This document shows positions 57,901-64,000 of a stretch of DNA of 64,000 nucleotides, in pieces (positions within the stretch are counted from its first letter, which is position 1; each line of letters opens with the position of its first letter). Under the pieces are notes generated by a model, which searched no databases, was not told where the DNA came from, and worked only from the letters and a program-made list of their open reading frames with translations. The translations under genes and the position numbers were made by a program. The DNA is from Polyangiales bacterium (lineage in GTDB: Bacteria > Myxococcota_A > Polyangia > Polyangiales > Ga0077539): the NCBI GenBank assembly GCA_044229975.1, contig JBGARZ010000004.1, positions 448,001-512,000 of the forward strand, read 5' to 3'.

Positions 57901-59591
57901 CGCCGGGCGTGGTGACGCTCGACGCGCGGGGTGATGCGCGGGCGGCGTTTACGGTGACGGCGACGCGGTCGGGCGCGGCGACGGTGGTGGGTCGCGCGCG
58001 GGTGGGCAGCGCGCAGGACGCGGTGCGCGCTGGGATCACGGTGCGCGAGGACGACGCGGTGCAGCCGATGGCGCTGCGCTACACGGTGGCGGGTGAGGCG
58101 ACGGACGTGGACGTCGCGGTTCCGGCGCTGTCGCGGGCGGGCGAGCTGCGGGTGTCGGTGGACACCGGGGTGGCCGAGCAGGTCGACGAGGCGCTGACGT
58201 CGCTCTCGACGCCGCGGTGGGCCGTGCCCTTCGTGCTGGTGCAGCGGCTCCGGTCGCTGAGCACGCTGGCGGGGGTCATCAACGGGCTGCCCGATGCCCA
58301 GCGCAACGAGTGGTCGGGCCGCGTGGACGATGCGTTGGCCTCGACCGAGGAGCAGCTCCGAACGATGCGGGGGATGGACGGCGCGGTGGGCTGGTGGCGC
58401 ACGAGCCCGTCGAGCGGATGGCTGACGGCGACGCTGCTGGTGGGCCTCGGGCCCGCCGCGCACGGCCGACACTGGAACGACGCGTGGGCGTACGTTCGCG
58501 AGCGCGCGGCGGTGGCGCGCGGCGACGAGGCCGGGCGCATCGTGCAGGCGCTCGCGATGAGCCGGACGGAGAGCGATCGGGTGCTCGGGCGGGCGGTGCT
58601 CGGGGCGTTGGCGGCGGACACGACGCTCTCGCTCGACGCGACGCGCGGCGCGTACGTGGCGGCGCGGCAGCTCGATCGGGCGGCGGCGCCGCGGTGGTCG
58701 GCGCGGTTGACGACGGCGGTGGAGGCGGTGCTCGGCGCGAGGCCGCGGGTGACCTGCGGCGGGGTGCCGTGGTTCGCGTGTTACGGGCAGGAGCAGCAGT
58801 GGGCGTCGGAGGCGCGGGCGATGGCCACGCTGGCGGCGGGCGACGCGGCGAGCAGTGAGCTGCGGGCGCGGATGGCGACGTGGCTCGCGGCGCGACCGGC
58901 GTCGACGGCGACGTGGTGGTGGGGGAGCGCGGACGCGGACGTGGCGTGGCTGCGGTCGCGGCTGACTTCGGGGGCGGGCGCGTCGACGCGCTTCACGGTG
59001 CGCGTGGGCGGCCGCGAGGTGGCGCAGGGCGACAGCGCGCACCCGGTGACGGTGATGGTGCGCGAAGCGAGCACGGTGCTGGTCTCACTGGGGGCGTCAC
59101 CGGGGAGGCTGGTGCGGGTGCGGGTGGATGGCGCGTTGGCGCTCGCGCCGGTGACGGCACCGACCGGGACGGTGGGGTTGGAGCGGCGCATCGACGTGAC
59201 GGCGGAGGGTCCGTCGCTGGCGCTGCGGTGGACGCTGGCGCGCGAGGCGACGGGGGTGGAGCTGGTGGTTCCGCTGCCGGCGGGCGTGGAGGTGGCGCGG
59301 ATGGCGGGCGGTCGCGCGAGGGTGCGAGCGACGGAGCAGGAGCTGGTGTGGTGGGGGCCGCTCGACCGGGGCCCCAGCGCGCTGCGGCCGATGATCGAGC
59401 GGCGCGACGGGGCGCTGGTGCTGCGGATGGAGCGACTGAACGCGGGGGCGCACACGCTGACGCTGCCGCTGGTGGCGAGCGCGACGGGTCACTTCACGGC
59501 GGGCGGCGCGTGGCTGCGCAGCGACGACCCGACGGTGTGGTCGGTGACGCCGTCGGTGGTGCTGGAGGTGCCAACCGAACGATCGCCGTGA
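54918..59591 (+). CDS. Bacterial alpha-2-macroglobulin-family protein (YfaS/MagD-like, no thioester motif)
   Basis: GTGA overlap with the YfaP-like gene; GLYLV, VYLDPGRPVFRRGETLHL (MG2), LPAHPGRWRLQALA, PTVLRPGD, DGAVGWW and PLPAG. Confidence 0.8.
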   Translation: MTRRPALLSALLVLTPAARAFDPTDVGLPFHRPERPFLLLDAERRMLPNTPASVRVQLRGGGTVRVATFRLRDPEPWARRAQEPDGIAIAGDAVGHTCESLLRTQGPLPRRDGALELVRDESLTLTPPAAVRRTPGVETEAYDSSDSDEGTVETRWVHAGRWSDQRISLGVLPEGLYLVRVHAGAYAASALVSVSDLTLLVRRGDRHDVVATATADGTPLPNVEVSVSAPSGDGLVRSPTDAHGELRLDAADAFQRRFVAHRGDAWAWADASHARLDACDVRVYLDPGRPVFRRGETLHLRGHVRGCVNGRDVPLARESVTVQDHDAPHPTPSTTMLTDADGNFVTEYTVATTELRALVRGRSHVRTIVIDHRALPQRALVVTADRGFAAAGETVRVRASDDAGRWPTEATVTFELMGQRRQATVGPDHAAEVSFIVAGVNEAAHREVVTASLAHDGRVTQAQTEVWTGRNPVLLHVESAGGGSPVVWARAENLGGEALARGLSLRVFGSDGNRAVGAARWTGRVETATSGDVRTEVGLPGAGPWWVTVADERGEAAETGTVVWERERPPGLGARGSLSVRPSRATVVAGESLPVDVTRPARGATWVTLEQSGVWASAWIPAGSPRAGQAWWQTVMSVPADASGGASVVATHLAAGAVDSATAVAGVSAAPPLALRVETDARVYAEGARMHAVVTARSPDGAPRDGVLSLWLADAGYWDLTEERYPSVDAMLMIPGRPASGADSARPRHWGADEGRHLDPHAHWDGHDLPHVTRYDAWNAGGNLVTFTARGTLGALADALARAAGLRSAVVCEARNRTLGTASLDATDVPWDLLAARVATRTDTHAWVSGDVLHLSCEEGPSVGFGGLGSGSGSGAGYGGLGGRGAGREQRLEGDLFFLGARRLGASGRLELDIPLPAHPGRWRLQALAIDDRGRGDRAFAVVATSRALTASVDAPTVLRPGDRAGGALTVHAPSLAGQRVEVALEGDGVTVASAPGVVTLDARGDARAAFTVTATRSGAATVVGRARVGSAQDAVRAGITVREDDAVQPMALRYTVAGEATDVDVAVPALSRAGELRVSVDTGVAEQVDEALTSLSTPRWAVPFVLVQRLRSLSTLAGVINGLPDAQRNEWSGRVDDALASTEEQLRTMRGMDGAVGWWRTSPSSGWLTATLLVGLGPAAHGRHWNDAWAYVRERAAVARGDEAGRIVQALAMSRTESDRVLGRAVLGALAADTTLSLDATRGAYVAARQLDRAAAPRWSARLTTAVEAVLGARPRVTCGGVPWFACYGQEQQWASEARAMATLAAGDAASSELRARMATWLAARPASTATWWWGSADADVAWLRSRLTSGAGASTRFTVRVGGREVAQGDSAHPVTVMVREASTVLVSLGASPGRLVRVRVDGALALAPVTAPTGTVGLERRIDVTAEGPSLALRWTLAREATGVELVVPLPAGVEVARMAGGRARVRATEQELVWWGPLDRGPSALRPMIERRDGALVLRMERLNAGAHTLTLPLVASATGHFTAGGAWLRSDDPTVWSVTPSVVLEVPTERSP

Positions 59592-59630
59592 TCGTTGGAA
59601 GTGTCCGTCGGAACGGCTACCGTCGGCGCT

Positions 59631-60167
59631 GTGAGTGACCTCATCGAACTGGATCTGGACCGCATCGGAGAGTGCAGCGTGATGGGTCCTGCCGTCCTGA
59701 ACAGTCGGCGCGATGCCGCGTCGGTGAATCTCCAGCAGGCGCACGCCGAGACATCGCCGGTCGCGACGACATCGATCGAGGACCCCACTAACCAGAGAGC
59801 CGGGCTTCTCCGCTGGACGCCGCCCCAACAGCGAGAACGCGACGATCACGCCAATCAGCTCAAGGCGTCGGAGGATGGCGCAGAGGCCGTCGCGATCGTC
59901 ACCGCCTATCGCGCTCTCGGCTATCAGACCGTCGGCCGAGCGCATCACGGAAGCGGGTCTGACCTGCTGATGCGGCGCCCCGGCGCCCCCGCGGATGACA
60001 TCGTCAGGTTGGAGGTGAGCGGCATCGTTGGAAAGGCGAGTTCGACGACCCGATTGAAGGAGAAGGTCGCTGAGCTCCGCAAAGGAAACCTCAAGCGTCC
60101 GGGCGTGGCGATGGTCGTCGCGTTCAGCGAGAGCCCCGTACGAATCCGGCTGGAAGAAGTCCGATGA
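59631..60167 (+). CDS. PD-(D/E)xK-like nuclease-fold hypothetical protein
   Basis: SEDGAEAVA...GSGSDLL...RLEVSG...KEKVAEL...VVAFSES; GTG 59631 lies 7 nt after TACCGT. Confidence 0.6.
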   Translation: MSDLIELDLDRIGECSVMGPAVLNSRRDAASVNLQQAHAETSPVATTSIEDPTNQRAGLLRWTPPQQRERDDHANQLKASEDGAEAVAIVTAYRALGYQTVGRAHHGSGSDLLMRRPGAPADDIVRLEVSGIVGKASSTTRLKEKVAELRKGNLKRPGVAMVVAFSESPVRIRLEEVR

Positions 60168-60613
60168 GCGAGGTCTTCGATGATCCGCGGTGGCGTCAGA
60201 GTGAGGAGCAGGCCGTCGAGGCGGAGCATGCTTCCGATCGAGGTGACCTCGCGGGCGCCCGGTCACTCTACCGACGCGCGGCGGAACAGGCTGGAGCGTT
60301 CGCGCTCTCCATCGACGGGAGCATGCCGCGCACGCGCGCCATCGCGGCCGTAACGGCGGTCGTCCTGGCGGCCCGCGGCGGGGACTTCCATCAAGCGGTG
60401 ATGCTGGCCGAGATGTTCCTCGCGTCGCCCGGAAGTCTTCCCGTCGAAGGAGTGGCTGAACTGGAGACGCTCCGTGCGAGCTACCTGCACACTCTCGCGA
60501 CAAGCACATCGCCGAAGTCCAACGGCCCGCGAACGGGAAACGCGATGAAGGCCTGGCGGCAGGGGATTCGGAACCAGTTTCACGCGGACGCTGCGCACCG
60601 AGAGGCCGCGTGA
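60164..60613 (+). CDS. Small all-helical (TPR-like) protein
   Basis: ATGA overlap; RGDLAGARSLYRRAAE, PRTRAI and GDFHQAV helical pattern. Confidence 0.65.
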   Translation: MSEVFDDPRWRQSEEQAVEAEHASDRGDLAGARSLYRRAAEQAGAFALSIDGSMPRTRAIAAVTAVVLAARGGDFHQAVMLAEMFLASPGSLPVEGVAELETLRASYLHTLATSTSPKSNGPRTGNAMKAWRQGIRNQFHADAAHREAA

Positions 60614-62052
60614 CCCCGAAGGTGCTCCCACTCGGCGATCGGGGCCTCGACCTGGTCCTGAGCGGCGGACTGCGGTGGGTCGAACGCGTCGCAGGCGTGG
60701 CTGGGGCGTCCATCCTGGTTCGCGGGCCTGCGGGGTCAGGCAAGACGTTGATGGGGGTCACGCTTGCGCGAGCGCTGGCCAGACAGCTCGGTGGCCCCGT
60801 TGCCTACGGCTGCGTTGAGCTGCTCCCGACCGAGCTCGAAGCGCAGGTGCGTTCGTTGTTTCCGGCGGACGGTGACCTCGTCGTTCGGCATTCGCCCTTC
60901 GACGCTGAGGTCTCATCCGGGGCGGTCTCGATCCTCGCGAGCCTGCTGGAACTCGGCGGCGATCCCGACCAGCTCGGGGAGGCGCTCGATCGCATGTGGG
61001 CCGACGTCGGGGCGCTCGGCGTCACGCCGAAGGTCGTCGTCATCGACTCGTTGATCGAGGGTTACGGCATCGGCAGCAACGTCTCGCGGGAGTTCGCCGA
61101 CGCGATCTGCAAGCTCACGGCGCGTTGGGGCGTCGCGCTGATCCTGCTGGAGGAGTGCGGCTCGACGAAGGCGTCGCCGTGGGCCTACGCGGTCGACACG
61201 GTCATCGAGCTAGAGACCGAAGGGGACGAGGGCGCTGCGAAGACCCCAGAGCGTTGGCTGCGGGTGCCGAAGCATCGGTTTGGTCCATCGGACATCGGGC
61301 CGCATCGGTTCGTGATTCAGAGCGGGATTGGCATAGCGGCCTATCCGCGAGCGAGTACATGGCTCGAACCATGGGCGACACCTCTTGTCGATCTTCCGAA
61401 CCATGGTCCCGCGCCGCAACTCTCTCGGAAGGTAAGGAACGGGAGAGATCTGACTTTCAAAGGCCCCAACATCGCCGTTTTTGGCTCTGAAAGTTCGTCA
61501 GTGTTGAGGCTTGCACGCTCATTGAAGCCTACCGTTCCAGCCAAAGAATCGCAGTTGATTTGGTACGACTTCCAGAGTCCTCTCTCGGCCACCCCTACGC
61601 GATCGGGCAGCGTTCTTCGGGTGGGGCTCGGTCACCCCTACCTCACTGCCGAACATCTCCTCTCCCGGATGCTCGATCGCGAACTCTTCGGTGAGGCCGT
61701 TTCTCATATTATCATCAGTGACGTCCGCACAATCCGTTCTGCAAACAACACCAACTCACTCCGGAATGCCCTGGCCACATTCTGCTCACTGACAAGATCC
61801 TGGCGAATTCCTTCGCTGCTAGTTGAGACGGCCCCAATGCGGTTCGGAGCTTGGCACCACCTCTCTGGTGACCCAAGATCTCGGGTAGTTGAAGCGGGCA
61901 TCACGGAGCCCGATGTCGTCCATTTTTCTGACGACGTTGTTGAAGTTATTACCGATGATTGGAATGGTGGCGGCCTATTGCAGGTCCGAGTGACCAACCC
62001 AACGGCAGGCACCCTGACAGTCATTCAAGCCTCCGAGTTCGGCCCTCTGTAG
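60610..62052 (+). CDS. KaiC/RAD55-like RecA-fold ATPase with a degenerate second domain
   Basis: GTGA overlap; GLDLVLSGG, GPAGSGKT, VVVIDS, YAVDTVIEL, RWLRVPKHR and HRFVI; the second half lacks an intact Walker A. Confidence 0.78.
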   Translation: MTPKVLPLGDRGLDLVLSGGLRWVERVAGVAGASILVRGPAGSGKTLMGVTLARALARQLGGPVAYGCVELLPTELEAQVRSLFPADGDLVVRHSPFDAEVSSGAVSILASLLELGGDPDQLGEALDRMWADVGALGVTPKVVVIDSLIEGYGIGSNVSREFADAICKLTARWGVALILLEECGSTKASPWAYAVDTVIELETEGDEGAAKTPERWLRVPKHRFGPSDIGPHRFVIQSGIGIAAYPRASTWLEPWATPLVDLPNHGPAPQLSRKVRNGRDLTFKGPNIAVFGSESSSVLRLARSLKPTVPAKESQLIWYDFQSPLSATPTRSGSVLRVGLGHPYLTAEHLLSRMLDRELFGEAVSHIIISDVRTIRSANNTNSLRNALATFCSLTRSWRIPSLLVETAPMRFGAWHHLSGDPRSRVVEAGITEPDVVHFSDDVVEVITDDWNGGGLLQVRVTNPTAGTLTVIQASEFGPL

Positions 62053-62101
62053 CCCCCTCGTTGACACCCCCGCCCCGCGGGCGTACCCGCCATTCATCCC
62101 C

Positions 62102-63694
62102 ATGCGCTCCCTCCGTCCCTTCCTCGCCGCGGCCGCCGTGCTCGCCGGTTGCGCCTCCGACGACGACCTCGACGGCCTCCTCCCCGGTGAGGACGATTGG
62201 GCCTCCGACCAGATCGTCGGCGCCAACTCGGTCGGTCGTCGCATGGCCGTCGAGGGCTTCGTCTACGTCCCCGTCGGCTCCTCCCAGAGCACCATCGTCA
62301 GCGCCGTCACCGCGCAGATGCGCGTCCTCTTCGGCGCCGCCCGCTCCAACGACATCGGCCTCTCCGAGCGCCAGCCCATCGTCAACCCGACCTCGTTCCG
62401 CCAGGACACCGTCGCCGTCGTCGACCCCGCGCGGCCCACCGTCACCACCCGCTCCGTGCTCCGCGTCCGCTACACCTACCGCTCGCGCGCGGTCGTTCCG
62501 CGCACGCTCGCCAACGCCAGCACCGTGCCCACCGCCACGCTCTTCCCGGTCTCCGCCGGGAGCCGCGCCGCCGCCGTCATCCAGCGCTGCCAGGACGCCG
62601 ACGCCCACGACCTCTCCGCCTCCACCATCTGGTACCACTTCCACCCCTCGCTCACCGACTGCGCGTCCGACATCCAGGCCGAGACCACGCGCATCGCCGC
62701 CGATCGCCGTCAGCTCGTCACCCCCGATCGGCAGGTCACCGAGAGCGAGGTCGGCCGCCTCTTCCTCCCCGTCACCATGGCCTTCACGCCCCTCGAATCC
62801 AACGAGACGGCGTCGCCCGAATACCATCGCCTGTATGAAGACGACCGCCTCGTGGCGTACTCGTTCTTCGGCCTCGACAAGGAAGACGACCCCAACGACT
62901 ACGGCGCCCGCAACTACTTCACCTGGCTCCGCACCGTGACCCGCGCGCAGCCCACGCTCCGCTACACGGTCCCCGACGGCACCAACCTCCTCGCCGTCAC
63001 CTGGAACGGCCGCCCCATCGCCAACGTCACCTACGAGCGCGTCCTCGGCTGGATCCTCGACAACGCCAACTACCCGACCGAGGTCACCACCGCCAACCGC
63101 AACGCGTTCCGCTTGCAGGTGCTCCGTCAGTGGCGCGGCCACTACGTCCACCTCGGCATGAACGTCACCGTCAGCACCGCCGGCCGCTCCCGCCCCGCCG
63201 CCGTCGAGCTACGCACCTACTACGGCGACGAGGAGGTCGACCAGCGCAGCGCGGCGCAGCGCTACGCCGTGGCCTTCCGCGAGGGCGACGTCTTCCAGTA
63301 CACGGGCCACTCGCACCTCGGGTACGGGCCGCTCGACCCCACCAACTACTCGGCCTCCACCTTCCCCGACCGCTACCAGCTGATGATGGTCAACTCGTGC
63401 GTGTCGTTCAACTACTACAACCAGTTCTTCCGGCTGCACCCGGGCGGGACGGCCAACCTCGACACCATCACCAACGGCATCGAGGTCTACCTCGAAGGCG
63501 CCGGGCTCTCCTCCGCGCGCTTCGTCCTCTCCCTCCTCGACGGTCGCTTCCGCAACTACCGCGAGATCCTCACGGACATGCGCGTCGACCTCCCCTGGGA
63601 GCGCGCCCACGACCCCGACCGCGTCGCCGACGGTGAGCTCGACAACCAGTTCACCCGCGCCCGCTTCCCGATGACCCTCACCCCCGTGCGATGA
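62102..63694 (+). CDS. Hypothetical lipoprotein with possible His-Cys (caspase-hemoglobinase-like) dyad
   Basis: LAGC lipobox; FQYTGHSHLG and YQLMMVNSCVSFNYY. Confidence 0.7.
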   Translation: MRSLRPFLAAAAVLAGCASDDDLDGLLPGEDDWASDQIVGANSVGRRMAVEGFVYVPVGSSQSTIVSAVTAQMRVLFGAARSNDIGLSERQPIVNPTSFRQDTVAVVDPARPTVTTRSVLRVRYTYRSRAVVPRTLANASTVPTATLFPVSAGSRAAAVIQRCQDADAHDLSASTIWYHFHPSLTDCASDIQAETTRIAADRRQLVTPDRQVTESEVGRLFLPVTMAFTPLESNETASPEYHRLYEDDRLVAYSFFGLDKEDDPNDYGARNYFTWLRTVTRAQPTLRYTVPDGTNLLAVTWNGRPIANVTYERVLGWILDNANYPTEVTTANRNAFRLQVLRQWRGHYVHLGMNVTVSTAGRSRPAAVELRTYYGDEEVDQRSAAQRYAVAFREGDVFQYTGHSHLGYGPLDPTNYSASTFPDRYQLMMVNSCVSFNYYNQFFRLHPGGTANLDTITNGIEVYLEGAGLSSARFVLSLLDGRFRNYREILTDMRVDLPWERAHDPDRVADGELDNQFTRARFPMTLTPVR

Positions 63695-63788
63695 CCCCCG
63701 CGATGCGCCGCGCCGCGCGGCGTAGGGCTCTGCCATCGTTCTGCCATCGGCCTGCGAGTGACGGCGCGCCATACGTCCCTCACCTCCA

Positions 63789-64000
63789 ATGATCACCAAA
63801 CGCTTCTGGCTCGACGCACCGGACGGACGGGTGACCATCGGCGCGTGGGCCGTTCTCATCGGCCGCAGCGCCGACTGCAACATCGTGCTGGAGCGTCCCG
63901 AGATCAGCCGCCACCACCTGCTGGTGCGCCTGAGCGGTGAAGGGGTGGAGATGCTCCCGCTCGGCCGCGAGCCGGTGCACCTCAACGGGGTCGAGCGGTC
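63789..64000 (+). CDS. FHA-domain protein, 3'-truncated by the window
   Basis: MITKRFWL...VLIGRSADCNIVLERPEISRHH...HLNG. Confidence 0.72.
   Translation, partial: MITKRFWLDAPDGRVTIGAWAVLIGRSADCNIVLERPEISRHHLLVRLSGEGVEMLPLGREPVHLNGVER

Noticed and set aside
60610..62052. Circadian clock KaiC
   Set aside because: No kaiA/kaiB, the second domain is degenerate, and no recognisable phosphorylation-site motif.
63695..63730. Further copy of the REP-like core
   Set aside because: Only a short degenerate match (GCGCCGCG...GCGGCGTAGG), which is weak evidence in such GC-rich DNA.

Overview
Very GC-rich bacterial chromosome segment whose gene content points to Myxococcota, probably Polyangiales-like (inference). 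The evidence is Ser/Thr kinases, an FHA/sigma54 activator, Cys-rich lipoproteins, a MYXO-CTERM tail, an AgmX/PglI-like domain and Uma2/Rpn paralogues. About 55 CDS are supportable. Recognisable genes include an EF-G paralogue, murB, modABC, aat, transaldolase, pqqA-pqqB, hsp20, an ABC-2 exporter and a YfaP/alpha-2-macroglobulin pair. No rRNA, tRNA, CRISPR array or classical IS element was seen. Most notable observations: (1) a lower-GC, translationally coupled three-gene island (PD-(D/E)xK-like protein, helical/TPR-like protein, KaiC/RecA-like ATPase; 59631-62052); (2) an ~840-bp palindromic non-coding element built from a REP-like repeat family that recurs at 26.2, 27.3 and 34.0 kb; (3) an EF-G paralogue preceded by a 41-codon leader ORF and alternative hairpins (attenuator-like); (4) two more candidate defence/TA pairs (ABC-ATPase + TOPRIM-like; Panacea-like + PemK-like); (5) an orphan T6SS-related trio with a fused TssB-TssC-like gene; (6) a stand-alone pqqA-pqqB pair; (7) many genes with a TAnnnT box just upstream of the start codon, suggesting leaderless mRNAs. 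All family assignments come from motif recognition by eye; no database searches were run.
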